NCBI GenBank assembly: GCA_030765185.1
Contig: JAVCDE010000024.1
Location: 379,538-443,537, forward strand
Length of the DNA stretch: 64,000 nucleotides
Reading direction: 5' to 3'
Source: Candidatus Aceula meridiana
GTDB lineage: Bacteria; Omnitrophota; Gorgyraeia; Zapsychrales; Aceulaceae
In this document: one piece after another, positions 1-8,879 of the stretch
Layout of the letters: each line of letters starts with the position of its first letter
How positions within the stretch are numbered: position 1 is the stretch's first letter
The notes under the pieces: generated by a model
Told to the model about the DNA's origin: nothing
Database searches by the model: none
The model's input: only the letters and a program-made list of their open reading frames with translations
Made by a program: the position numbers and the translations under genes

Positions 1-284
1 TGATCGTGACTCATCAGATGGCGCTCGATTAAAAATTGCTTATCAAGGTTGTCGAGATCATTAATTCTTAACACAACAGAATCTTTCAAGTACCCACTTT
101 TTTCAATAGCTGACTTTACCGAATCATAAACAGCTGTTAAGTCTTTTTTGTTGGCGCGCGATGGGAAAGGAACCTTGCTAACATTGCGTGCTAGCCGAAT
201 GCGCGAAGACATAACAATATGCGACTGCGGGCCAGTCCCCTTAAGCCATTCGCCTGTATTATTGATAAGGTCGTCTATTCTCAT
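1..284 (-). CDS. mcsB: Protein arginine kinase McsB, N-terminal part (gene continues beyond window start)
   Basis: Reverse-strand translation from ATG at 284: MRIDDLINNTGEWLKGTGPQSHIVMSSRIRLARNVSKVPFPSR..., matching the McsB/ATP:guanido phosphotransferase N-terminus. The start overlaps the mcsA stop by 4 nt (ATGA). Confidence 0.75.
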   Translation of the reverse strand, partial: MRIDDLINNTGEWLKGTGPQSHIVMSSRIRLARNVSKVPFPSRANKKDLTAVYDSVKSAIEKSGYLKDSVVLRINDLDNLDKQFLIERHLMSHD

Positions 285-841
285 TTGCCTTTTCCTTTTT
301 TCTCTAGGGCTTTAATTTTATCTCTTAAAACAGCGGCTTGCTCAAAGTCCTCTGCTAAGACAGCCTGATGAAGCTGCTCTTTTAACCCTTCTAAAGCTTC
401 TGCAGGCTTTGTGCTTTTTATTTTTTTTACAGGGCCTGCAGTCGTGTCTTTAGGAGCTGTCCCTACAGGCCTTTTACCTAAATGATGTGCCGAGCCATGA
501 ATTTTTTTTAAAAGTGCGGAAAGATGCCCACGAAAAGCTGTATAGCATTCGCTGCAGCCAAGCCTACCGAACTTCCGAAAATCTTCATAACCTAAAGCAC
601 AATTTGGGCATTGCAGCTTGGTCTTTTCTTCAGACTTAATCTGCTTGCCAAAATCGGACAAACCAGCCAAAAGGTCTGCCAAGCCAAACTGTTGCTCCAT
701 CTGCACGCTGCGCTCTTTGGCACAGTCTTCACAAATATGCATCTCAGTCATTTCACCGTCTATAATTTCGGTCAAATGAACCGTGGCTTTTTTCTTTGTA
801 CAGACATCACAAATCATATTTTTTCTCCTTAATAAGCGCAT
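281..841 (-). CDS. mcsA: McsA-like activator of protein arginine kinase (two CxxC zinc-finger pairs plus C-terminal UVR motif)
   Basis: N-terminus MICDVCTKKKATVHLTEIIDGEMTEMHICEDCAKE closely resembles Bacillus McsA. A second CPNC...CSEC pair and a C-terminal UvrB/C-like helix (EDFEQAAVLRDKIKALE) follow. Confidence 0.75.
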   Translation of the reverse strand: MRLLRRKNMICDVCTKKKATVHLTEIIDGEMTEMHICEDCAKERSVQMEQQFGLADLLAGLSDFGKQIKSEEKTKLQCPNCALGYEDFRKFGRLGCSECYTAFRGHLSALLKKIHGSAHHLGKRPVGTAPKDTTAGPVKKIKSTKPAEALEGLKEQLHQAVLAEDFEQAAVLRDKIKALEKKGKGK

Positions 842-963
842 GGTTTACGGCCACGATAGCAACGTAAATCATTTGAACGAATTAATCCTTTTTTCGTTAA
901 GCGAAAAATCAGGATACATCTTTGTGGATCCCAGCCCTTCTTCCCAAGGGCGCTGGATATCCT

Positions 964-1827
964 CTAATACTTAACGCCGTCTTTAGCCGTGATGGCATGA
1001 AAGGCTTTTATCAATTTTAGGGTAGCCTTCCCGGGCTTACCGTTTGCAATCAAGCGGCCGTCCACTTTAACAATAGGAATAATTTCTGCTGCTGTTCCTG
1101 TTAAAAAACATTCATCCGCGGTATACACTTCGTGACGGGTGGTCAATTTCTCATTCGTTGCAATCTTATCTTTTTTAGCCAACGCCATAACTGCATTTCG
1201 CGTAATCCCTCTCAAGCAAGCATTAGGCGGGGTCACAAGCTCGCCATTTTTTAAAATAAAAATATTATCCCCAGTGCATTCGGCCACATACCCTTGAGCA
1301 TCAAGCATCAATGCCTCCGCATATCCAGAATTAGCGGCTTCAATCTTTGCAAAAATATTATTAAGATAATTTAAGGACTTAAGCTGCGGGTTAAGCGCCT
1401 CAGCTAAATTACGCGTTGTCGGAACCGTGATAATATCCATGCCGTTTTGATAAAGCTCTTTAGGGTAAAGCACAATCTTATCAGTAATAATAACCACGTT
1501 GGCTTTGCCTTTGCATTTACGAGGGTCGAGGCCAAGATCGCCTTCACCACGGGAAACCACAACGCGGATATATGCATCCGAAAGCTGATTGGCTTTTAAC
1601 GTCTGCACAATCGCTTGTGTCATCTGCTTTTTATCAAGTGGAATATTCATCATCATCGTATGAGCTGTCTCATAAAGCCTATCGATGTGTTCTTTAAGCT
1701 TAAAAACATTTCGTTTATACGAGCGGATGCCTTCAAAAACACCATCTCCGTAAAGATAACCATGATCAAACACAGACACCTTGGCCTGGGATTTGTCTAC
1801 GAGTTTTCCGTTGAGATAAATTTTCAT
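964..1827 (-). CDS. ilvE: Branched-chain amino acid aminotransferase (class IV PLP-dependent)
   Basis: The 287-aa product has the typical IlvE/DAAT fold signature (FDHGYLYGDGVFEGIR...ECTGDNIFI...GITR). Confidence 0.8.
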   Translation of the reverse strand: MKIYLNGKLVDKSQAKVSVFDHGYLYGDGVFEGIRSYKRNVFKLKEHIDRLYETAHTMMMNIPLDKKQMTQAIVQTLKANQLSDAYIRVVVSRGEGDLGLDPRKCKGKANVVIITDKIVLYPKELYQNGMDIITVPTTRNLAEALNPQLKSLNYLNNIFAKIEAANSGYAEALMLDAQGYVAECTGDNIFILKNGELVTPPNACLRGITRNAVMALAKKDKIATNEKLTTRHEVYTADECFLTGTAAEIIPIVKVDGRLIANGKPGKATLKLIKAFHAITAKDGVKY

Positions 1828-2510
1828 TGTTCCCCCTCTTTTTGAATAAGTTTTCCGTCTTGAATATAAATAATTCTTTTTGCTTTTTGGGCAATCATAT
1901 TGTCATGGGTAACCATCACAACCGTCTGGTTGTTTTCTTGATTAAGTTTCATCAAAAGCTCAATAATACTTTCTCCGGATTGCGAGTCTAAATTTCCTGT
2001 TGGCTCATCACAAAGGATAACCTTTGGGTCGTTCATCAAAGCCCGCGCAATGGCCACACGCTGCTGCTCCCCACCAGAAAGCTGACTCGGCTTATGTGCC
2101 AAACGCGAACTTAAGCCAACCTTAAGAAGAAGCGCCTCGCCTTTTTCTTCTAACTGTTTTTTATTTCTCAGCGAATCTCTAACTAAGCCTGGCATAACAA
2201 CATTTTCAAGTGCTGTAAACTCCGGCAAAAGATGATAAAATTGAAAAACAAATCCAACCTTTGTATTTCGCACGCTGGAGAGCTTAACATCACTTAGCCT
2301 ATAAATATCTTCACCGTCTAACGCAACGCTTCCCTTGCTTGGCCTGTCAAGGCCTCCTAATACATGCATCAGCGTTGACTTGCCGGCACCTGACGGGCCT
2401 ACCATGGCTAAGAAATCTCCTACCTCGATGGTCAAATCAATTCCTTTTAAGACTTCTAAAGGTTTGCCGACATCACGATAAATTTTATGGATACCAACGG
2501 CAATTAACAT
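1824..2510 (-). CDS. lolD: Lipoprotein-releasing system ATP-binding protein (ABC ATPase)
   Basis: Walker [13 protein letters not shown] signature LSGGEQQR and Walker [12 protein letters not shown]. It is adjacent to a LolC/E-type permease. Confidence 0.8.
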   Translation of the reverse strand: MLIAVGIHKIYRDVGKPLEVLKGIDLTIEVGDFLAMVGPSGAGKSTLMHVLGGLDRPSKGSVALDGEDIYRLSDVKLSSVRNTKVGFVFQFYHLLPEFTALENVVMPGLVRDSLRNKKQLEEKGEALLLKVGLSSRLAHKPSQLSGGEQQRVAIARALMNDPKVILCDEPTGNLDSQSGESIIELLMKLNQENNQTVVMVTHDNMIAQKAKRIIYIQDGKLIQKEGEQ

Positions 2511-3710
2511 CTATTCGTACCGTAGCGCTTCCACCGGCTCAAGAGAACCTGCCTTTATTGCCGGATAAATAGTTGCCAAATAACTAATTAAAAGAGCCGC
2601 ACCTGTAATCATCAAAAGGTCTCCTAATTCAAGCAAAACAGGTAGGCGGTCGATATAATAAATATCCTCAGGCAATTTAATAAACTGATATTTCTTAAGA
2701 ACAAGACTTAGGCCAACACCACCAACTAAGCCCCAAAAAGTTCCCACAACCCCGATGGCAAGGCCTTTCATGATAAAAATACGCTCAATAGCTTTTCTAG
2801 GAACACCAATCGACTTTAAAACTCCAATGTCTTTAATCTTGCTAGTAACCGTGACAATCAGGGTGCTAATAATATTAAACGAGGCAACCAGAACAATAAG
2901 TGTTAAAATAATAAACATCGCAAACTTCTCAAGCTTTAAAGCTGCAAAAAAGTTTCGGTTCGAATCAATCCAAGTCTTAACTAAGAAGCTGTAGCCAATC
3001 TCTTTGTAAATTGCTTTTTTAATCTTGGGCGCATCGTAAATATTCTCAATCTTAACCGCAAGCCCTGTCACAGCTTCCTGGGGCATGCTAAAAATCTCCT
3101 GGGCCTTTTTGATATTAAGCAAGACCATGTTGCGGTCATAGTCGTACATGCCAGAACTAAAAATCCCAACAATAGCCATCTCATAACGCCATCCTTCACC
3201 GGACAATCCTGAAGCTGGGGCAATAAGCGTGACTGTGTCCCCCGGGTGCTTCCCTAAAAAAGTCGCAAGTTCACTGCCTAAAATAATTCCATCACCAACT
3301 AAATTTTCAATTTCCCCTTTAACCAGATACTCTTTAATTTTGCTAACATCGCCTTCAGTCTCCGGCAAAATCCCCCGCGCCAAAACACCCGCGGACTGGC
3401 CGGCATATTCTAAGAAAAGCGCACCCTGAACATACGGGGAAACAGCTTCAACGCCCTTAAGCCCTTTGACTGTCTGGCCAATGGCCCCATAATTCTTAAT
3501 TCCTATTTCTCTCTCAATAACAATATGCGCATTGGTTCCGACAATCTTTTCACGCAGGTCGTTATCAAACCCAGTCATAACGGCAATCACTACAATCAAT
3601 GCCATAACGCCTATCGCAACACCGGCAATCGCAATAAAATTAATGACCGCTAAAAATGGTTCTTTTTTTGCCGTGAGATAACGAAACCCTATCCAGCCTT
3701 CGTATGTCAT
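2511..3710 (-). CDS. lolC: Lipoprotein-releasing system permease LolC/LolE (FtsX-like)
   Basis: The 399-aa product has an N-terminal TM helix, a large periplasmic domain and C-terminal FtsX-like TM helices. It sits immediately upstream of lolD. Confidence 0.75.
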   Translation of the reverse strand: MTYEGWIGFRYLTAKKEPFLAVINFIAIAGVAIGVMALIVVIAVMTGFDNDLREKIVGTNAHIVIEREIGIKNYGAIGQTVKGLKGVEAVSPYVQGALFLEYAGQSAGVLARGILPETEGDVSKIKEYLVKGEIENLVGDGIILGSELATFLGKHPGDTVTLIAPASGLSGEGWRYEMAIVGIFSSGMYDYDRNMVLLNIKKAQEIFSMPQEAVTGLAVKIENIYDAPKIKKAIYKEIGYSFLVKTWIDSNRNFFAALKLEKFAMFIILTLIVLVASFNIISTLIVTVTSKIKDIGVLKSIGVPRKAIERIFIMKGLAIGVVGTFWGLVGGVGLSLVLKKYQFIKLPEDIYYIDRLPVLLELGDLLMITGAALLISYLATIYPAIKAGSLEPVEALRYE

Positions 3711-5167
3711 TAATCTTCCTTTTTCGCTTGCGGTTTCAAAAGCGGAAATAAAATGACATCCCGGATTGATGGTGCATCTGTTAAAAGCATGACAAGCCTA
3801 TCAATGCCAATGCCAAGTCCCCCGGCAGGGGGCATACCATATTCTAAAGCATTTAAAAAATCTTCATCAATGTTACGCAAGCCTGTTTCGGTGTCATCTT
3901 TTAAATCTTCAACTAAACGCTCGCGCTGGACAATCGGATCATTAAGCTCAGAATAAGCATTGCCGATTTCCATACCGCAAACAAAACATTCAAATCGCTG
4001 TGCCAAGAGTGGATTGTCGTCGCGTGCTTTGGCCAACGGCGAAAGAAACGTAAAATAATCTACTAAGAATATCGGATTACTTGTTGCCTCTTCCTCTAAA
4101 AAATCTTCAACCATCTTCATAACACCTGAGCGTGTGAGTGCCTCGCTTGAGACCACCTTCTTTTTGGCCTGAACTTTCTTAAGCATAGCTGAAGCGTCAT
4201 CGTCCGGATTAATATCAAATTTCATTTTTACCATTTCAGCAAATGACTTTCTTATCCAAGGCGGCTTAAAATCAAGAGCCTTGCCTTGATATTCAATTGT
4301 GTATCCGCCGGTTATTTCCTTCACCAGACCGCTAACCAAGTCCTCGGTTAACTTCATCATATCGTTATAATCAGCATACGATTCGTAAACCTCGAGCATG
4401 GTAAACTCAGGATTATGTCGTGTGGAAACACCTTCATTTCGAAAATTGCGGTTCATCTCATAAACTTTTTCTAAACCTCCGACTAAGAGACGCTTTAAAT
4501 AAAGTTCAGGTGCAATACGCAAAAAAACTTCCATATCGTAAGTATTGTGCATACTTTTGAAAGGGCGGCCACGTGCGCCTCCGGCCATGGGCTGAAGCAT
4601 CGGCGTTTCAACTTCTAAAAATCCTCTCTTATCTAGGAATGCTCGAATCGATGAAACGATTTTGCTGCGTTTGATAAAAACATCTTTGACGCCCTTGTTG
4701 GCAATCAGGTCAACATATCTTTGGCGGTAGCGAATTTCCACATCTTTAAGCCCATGCCACTTTTCTGGTAGGCACATTAAAGACTTAGAAAGCACAGTCA
4801 CTTTTTTTACTCGTACGCTTTCCTGTCCGGTCTTAGTTTTAAATAAAGTTCCCTCACATCCGATGATGTCGCCGATATCTATTTGATGCTGAAGAATCCC
4901 GAACGTCTCTTCGCCGACATTGTCAAGCTTAACAAAAGCCTGCATCTTGGCACTCTGGTCCATGACATCTAAAAAAACAACTTTGCCATGGCTGCGGCTT
5001 GCCATAATGCGGCCGGCAATGACAACATCTGTCTCCTCTTTGAAGTCAGCAAGAATATCAGCAATGAGTGCTGTGCGGTTAAATTTCTTTCCGTAAGGAT
5101 TAAGCCTTTTTTGCTGTAAGTCCTGAAGTTTTTGCTTCCTAATCTGTTTGATTTCTTCTATTTCCAC
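3710..5167 (-). CDS. lysS: Lysyl-tRNA synthetase, class II
   Basis: The 485-aa product has an N-terminal OB anticodon-binding domain and class II motifs (FLEVETPMLQ, FRNEGVSTRHNPEFTMLE, GGLGIGIDRLVMLL). Confidence 0.9.
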   Translation of the reverse strand: MEIEEIKQIRKQKLQDLQQKRLNPYGKKFNRTALIADILADFKEETDVVIAGRIMASRSHGKVVFLDVMDQSAKMQAFVKLDNVGEETFGILQHQIDIGDIIGCEGTLFKTKTGQESVRVKKVTVLSKSLMCLPEKWHGLKDVEIRYRQRYVDLIANKGVKDVFIKRSKIVSSIRAFLDKRGFLEVETPMLQPMAGGARGRPFKSMHNTYDMEVFLRIAPELYLKRLLVGGLEKVYEMNRNFRNEGVSTRHNPEFTMLEVYESYADYNDMMKLTEDLVSGLVKEITGGYTIEYQGKALDFKPPWIRKSFAEMVKMKFDINPDDDASAMLKKVQAKKKVVSSEALTRSGVMKMVEDFLEEEATSNPIFLVDYFTFLSPLAKARDDNPLLAQRFECFVCGMEIGNAYSELNDPIVQRERLVEDLKDDTETGLRNIDEDFLNALEYGMPPAGGLGIGIDRLVMLLTDAPSIRDVILFPLLKPQAKKED

Positions 5168-5267
5168 AATAATACTCCTATTTATATTAATATTAAGTAG
5201 CTTATTATATAGAAAAAGATTTAGAGTGTCAACGAAAAGCGGGGTTCAAAACGTACATTTTTGTGGC

Positions 5268-5858
5268 TTAATATTTGCGGATACTCGTCATAACTTTACC
5301 AGCAAGGCTTGTATCTTCATTAACTGCGATTGGCTGATAATTGGGATTAGCCGGCACAAGATAATAATGATTGTCAATTTTGTCAAGGCGTTTAACGGTG
5401 GCTTCTTCGCCGATTAACGCAACAACAATATCCCCTACCTGGGCGACAGCTTGACGCCTTACCATTACCAAATCTCCTGGCATGATACCAGCCTCAATCA
5501 TGCTGTCGCCTTTGACCCGAAGGGCGAAGTAATCGGAATCGGAAAAGAGGATTTCATCCAGATTAACATAGCCTTCGATGTCTTCTACAGCTAGGGTTGG
5601 GCTGCCGGCTGAGACAGCCCCTATAATCGGCACACGAAAGGCCTCTTTGACAAGCTCAATGGCGCGGGCTTTGCCTTCTGTGAGCTTAATGTATCCTTTT
5701 TCGGTTAAGGCACGGAGATAATCCCGCACAGTTCCCGTCGAGGAAAAACCAAATTCTTCAGCAATTTCGCGTATGGTTGGCGGAAGTTTTTCATCTCTAA
5801 TTTTATGAAAGATGAATTTTAAAACACCCTTTTGTTTGTCAGTGAGGTCTTTTGTCAT
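5268..5858 (-). CDS. lexA: LexA repressor (SOS regulator)
   Basis: N-terminal winged HTH (LTDKQKGVLKFI...PTIREIAEEFGFSSTGTVRDYLRALTEKGYI). C-terminal S24 peptidase with Ser/Lys dyad context (VKGDSMIEAGIMPGDLVMV...KRL). Confidence 0.9.
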   Translation of the reverse strand: MTKDLTDKQKGVLKFIFHKIRDEKLPPTIREIAEEFGFSSTGTVRDYLRALTEKGYIKLTEGKARAIELVKEAFRVPIIGAVSAGSPTLAVEDIEGYVNLDEILFSDSDYFALRVKGDSMIEAGIMPGDLVMVRRQAVAQVGDIVVALIGEEATVKRLDKIDNHYYLVPANPNYQPIAVNEDTSLAGKVMTSIRKY

Positions 5859-5895
5859 GAAAATACATTACCACACACTTGTGTGGTTTGTCAAG
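5859..5895 (-). promoter_or_regulatory. Candidate sigma70-type promoter of lexA: TTGACA-N18-TAATGT, 6 nt before the ATG (near-leaderless)
   Basis: Reading the minus strand upstream of lexA gives TTGACA AACCACACAAGTGTGTGG TAATGT ATTTTC ATG. Confidence 0.45.
5870..5887. promoter_or_regulatory. Perfect 8-bp inverted repeat ACCACACA-CT-TGTGTGGT, a candidate LexA operator lying in the -35/-10 spacer of the lexA promoter
   Basis: Palindrome read directly from the sequence, 11 nt upstream of the lexA start codon. The placement is classic for an autoregulatory operator. Confidence 0.5.
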
Positions 5896-5900
5896 AAAAA

Positions 5901-6077
5901 TTACAACTGCGGACTTTTTTGGAAGTTTTTACCAAGCTTTTTGTTGGCGGCTTTGCACCACATACAATGATTTTGCATAAATCGGCAAATTTTATACCAG
6001 AGGGTTTCTTTGGTGGCCTTGCGCGTATAATTGCAAAATGGACATCCGGAACACATCTCAACATTTCGATCTGCCAT
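5901..6077 (-). CDS. 58-aa cysteine-rich small protein (putative zinc ribbon): MADRNVEMCSGCPFCNYTRKATKETLWYKICRFMQNHCMWCKAANKKLGKNFQKSPQL
   Basis: Own translation in a frame not listed in the ORF track (<60 aa). Six Cys arranged as C-x2-C-x2-C ... C-x6-C-x2-C. An AGGAG RBS lies 7 nt upstream of the ATG. It has the same orientation as lexA and sits 42 bp upstream of it. Confidence 0.4.
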   Translation of the reverse strand: MADRNVEMCSGCPFCNYTRKATKETLWYKICRFMQNHCMWCKAANKKLGKNFQKSPQL

Positions 6078-6183
6078 AACGCTTCTCCTGGTTCTTTGGG
6101 CAATTATTAAGATACCCTCGCCAAAGGTTCATCCTGAAGCCGGAACGGCTTTAGGATATGTTTGCGCATATTAAATCTCTCAT

Positions 6184-7305
6184 TTAAAAAAGCTTTAAGT
6201 ACTTGCCATAGCCTTCTTGTTCTAACTCCTCTTTAGGAATAAAACGAAGCGCGGCTGAATTAATGCAAAAACGTTTTCCGTCAGGACCTGGCCCGTCAGG
6301 ACCTGGCCCATCGTCAAAAACATGGCCTAGATGCGAATCCGCGCTCTTGCTTCTTACTTCTGTGCGCTCCATTCCTAGTGATATGTCTTTTTTCTCGATA
6401 ATATTATCTTTTTTTAATGGCTTGGTAAATGATGGCCAGCCTGTATTAGACCCGAACTTATCCTTAGAGGCAAATAGCGGTTCACCGGAAACCACGTCGA
6501 CATAAATGCCTTCCTTTTTATTGTTCACATACTCATTTTGAAAAGGAAGCTCGGTTCCATTCTTCTGTGTCACGCGATATTGCAGAGGTGTCAGACTTTT
6601 CTTAAGTTCTTCATCCAAGCGCTTTGCTTTTGCTCGTGGAAGAGGGCAAAACTTCACGCCATCTTTTCCCTCCCAGGTCTTTTTTAAAAATCCTGCTCTC
6701 CCAGAACCTTTTTTGTAAAGATTATAATGCCCGGAATTTTTTTGATAATAATCTTGATGATATTCTTCAGCCGGATAAAAATTTTCGAATGGCAAAATCT
6801 CTGTAACAACCGCCCCTTTAAAAATTCCGGAATCCTGTACGGCCTGCTTTGAGACCTGTGCTAATTTCTTCTGACCGTCGCTATGATAAAAAATAGCAGT
6901 TTTATACTGACTGCCTTTGTCATTAAATTGACCATCAGCTTGTGTGGGATCGATCTGGCGCCAGAAAATTTCTAGTAAAGACGCATATGAAACTTTTGAA
7001 GGGTCAAAAATTATCTGAATAGCCTCTTTGTGCCCGGTAGCACCACCTGAGATTTCTTCATACGTTGGGTCTTTCTCTTTTCCGCCGGCATATCCGGAAG
7101 AAACTTGGCTTACGCCGTCGATCTCTTCAAAGGCTTGCTCGACACACCAAAAACATCCACCGGCAAAAGTAGCTTTTTCATCTTTGTTTTGTGCAAACGA
7201 TTCTGCGCTCATAAAGACTCCTAAACAAAAAAAGAGGATTAGAAAAGCTGTATTCTTAAAAATGATAAAAGGATTTGAATAATATCTTATGCGCAAACAA
7301 TACAT
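6184..7305 (-). CDS. msrAB: Bifunctional peptide methionine sulfoxide reductase MsrA/MsrB, probably secreted (N-terminal signal-like segment)
   Basis: MsrA active site GGCFWCVE and MsrB motifs ([24 protein letters not shown]). The hydrophobic N-terminus ends in SFAQ. The true start may lie downstream of 7305, because the ORF overlaps lpxI by 19 nt. Confidence 0.8.
   Translation of the reverse strand: MYCLRIRYYSNPFIIFKNTAFLILFFCLGVFMSAESFAQNKDEKATFAGGCFWCVEQAFEEIDGVSQVSSGYAGGKEKDPTYEEISGGATGHKEAIQIIFDPSKVSYASLLEIFWRQIDPTQADGQFNDKGSQYKTAIFYHSDGQKKLAQVSKQAVQDSGIFKGAVVTEILPFENFYPAEEYHQDYYQKNSGHYNLYKKGSGRAGFLKKTWEGKDGVKFCPLPRAKAKRLDEELKKSLTPLQYRVTQKNGTELPFQNEYVNNKKEGIYVDVVSGEPLFASKDKFGSNTGWPSFTKPLKKDNIIEKKDISLGMERTEVRSKSADSHLGHVFDDGPGPDGPGPDGKRFCINSAALRFIPKEELEQEGYGKYLKLF
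6278..6307. repeat. Perfect 15-bp tandem duplication (ccgtcaggacctggc x2) inside the MsrB domain, encoding the extra PGPDG in ...[20 protein letters not shown]
   Basis: Read directly from the sequence. The duplication is in frame. Confidence 0.85.
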
Positions 7306-8102
7306 ATTTTATGCTTATTGGCAATCTTGAGGCAAGCTTTTTCGTCGATGATAAGCGTTTTTCCGGCCTCAATGGCTAAACACGAAGCCTTAGCGCACTT
7401 CATCGCTTTAATCGTCCTTGGCCCAATCACGGGAACATCAAAACGCAAGTCTTGGCCGGGCTTGCTCATCTTAACAACAACCGCACCAATTTGGGCGATT
7501 GACCCACCGCGCGCAATCGTGCTATCAGTTCCTTCCATAGCCTCAATCGCGACAATAGCCTTCTCTTTGATGACAACGGTTTGCCCGACGTCAATACCAC
7601 CCATCATTTTGGCAATGGTGCGGCCAAATTCAATGTCAGCAAGCTCGCTCTCGCTAGGACCTCTTTTGGTGAGGGTTCCTTTAGGGGCAAGATAATCTTT
7701 AAGAAGAAATGTTGAATCTAAAAGTTTCATGCCCTCTTTTTTTAATTTGTCAGCAACAGCGGTAAAAATAGTGTCTGCTTTTCGATCGGTCATCGCATCA
7801 AAAAGTTTTTGAAATTCATCATCGACAGGGACCTTCTCATCAAAAAGATTTCTTGGGCTCACCTGGCCGGCCATAATAATTTCGTTAACATTATTATTTT
7901 TAAAATAATCAAAGAGCTTTTTTAATTCTCCAGGCCCAACCCATGACATTTCATCAACAAAACTCTTAAGCAAAAAAGAAGTGTCTCCTTTGATTCCAAT
8001 AGTAACAACTTTAAAACCTTGTTTCTTTGCCTCACGGGCAAAAAGAAAGGGAAACTTTCCGTTTCCCGCAATCAGTCCTAAAATTCTTTTTGACTCAGTC
8101 AT
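7287..8102 (-). CDS. lpxI: UDP-2,3-diacylglucosamine hydrolase LpxI (DUF1009 family)
   Basis: N-terminal [11 protein letters not shown] motif and overall LpxI-like organisation. The gene is embedded in the lpx cluster next to lpxA. Confidence 0.6.
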   Translation of the reverse strand: MTESKRILGLIAGNGKFPFLFAREAKKQGFKVVTIGIKGDTSFLLKSFVDEMSWVGPGELKKLFDYFKNNNVNEIIMAGQVSPRNLFDEKVPVDDEFQKLFDAMTDRKADTIFTAVADKLKKEGMKLLDSTFLLKDYLAPKGTLTKRGPSESELADIEFGRTIAKMMGGIDVGQTVVIKEKAIVAIEAMEGTDSTIARGGSIAQIGAVVVKMSKPGQDLRFDVPVIGPRTIKAMKCAKASCLAIEAGKTLIIDEKACLKIANKHKICIVCA

Positions 8103-8876
8103 TTAACTGCACAGTCCTCTTTGTGACGTTTGCACAAAATGAATTAAGTGCTTAGTCTCCTCTGTCGCCTCTAGCTCTTTTTGAATTTTCTCAACAGCTG
8201 TCTTCTTCGTAAGGTCAGAGAAAAATAATATTTTAACTGCCTTTTTTAAAAGATTCAGTTGTGCTGACGAAAACTTTGCACGTTTTAATCCCACAGAATT
8301 CAAACCATAAACACGAGCCGGATGTCCATCGCAAACTGAATATGGTGGAATATCCTGAACAACTTTTGAGCAACCGCCGACGATTGAAAGCTTTCCTAGT
8401 CGCACAAATTGATGAACAGCCGTTAACCCGCCGATGACAGCATTGTCCTCTAAAGTTACATGCCCGGCCAACGTTCCACTATTAGCTAGCGTGCAATTGT
8501 TTCCGATAATACAATCATGGGCAACATGCGAATAAGCCATGAAAAGATTGTTATCACCAATGATGGTTTTCCCGCCTTCTCCTGTTCCGGGATTAACCGT
8601 AACATATTCACGAAAAATATTATCTTCTCCAATTTCAAGATAAGTTTTTTCTTCACTATTGTATTTACGGTCCTGTGGAATACTCCCAACAACCGCACCG
8701 GTAAAAAGTTCTGTATTTTTACCAACAGTTGTGTTGCCCTCAACGACACAAAAACTTCCAATCTTAACACCTACGGCTAAGCTGACACCTTCTCCGATTA
8801 TGGCGTAAGCACCGACCTGAGCGCCTTCGTCGATCTTAGCATTGGCATGAATAATTGCAGTTTTGTGTATGCTCAT
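8103..8876 (-). CDS. lpxA: Acyl-ACP:UDP-GlcNAc O-acyltransferase LpxA (left-handed beta-helix)
   Basis: Hexapeptide-repeat protein with the LpxA-like N-terminus MSIHKTAIIHANAKIDEGAQVGAYAIIGEGV and a C-terminal helical domain. Confidence 0.85.
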   Translation of the reverse strand: MSIHKTAIIHANAKIDEGAQVGAYAIIGEGVSLAVGVKIGSFCVVEGNTTVGKNTELFTGAVVGSIPQDRKYNSEEKTYLEIGEDNIFREYVTVNPGTGEGGKTIIGDNNLFMAYSHVAHDCIIGNNCTLANSGTLAGHVTLEDNAVIGGLTAVHQFVRLGKLSIVGGCSKVVQDIPPYSVCDGHPARVYGLNSVGLKRAKFSSAQLNLLKKAVKILFFSDLTKKTAVEKIQKELEATEETKHLIHFVQTSQRGLCS

Positions 8877-8879
8877 TTT

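Noticed and set aside
842-963. A CtsR operator upstream of mcsA
   Set aside because: There is no GGTCAAA-N3-GGTCAAA-like direct repeat in the 122-bp gap. mcsA is probably transcribed with ilvE, or from a promoter I cannot recognise.
5832-6110. A 92-aa plus-strand ORF and a 70-aa minus-strand ORF (5891..6103) overlapping the lexA promoter region
   Set aside because: The plus-strand ORF runs antisense across the lexA start codon and operator. The 70-aa minus ORF is in a different frame from the 58-aa ORF that has a proper AGGAG RBS and a zinc-ribbon-like Cys pattern. Only one of the three can be real, and I favour the RBS-supported frame at low confidence.
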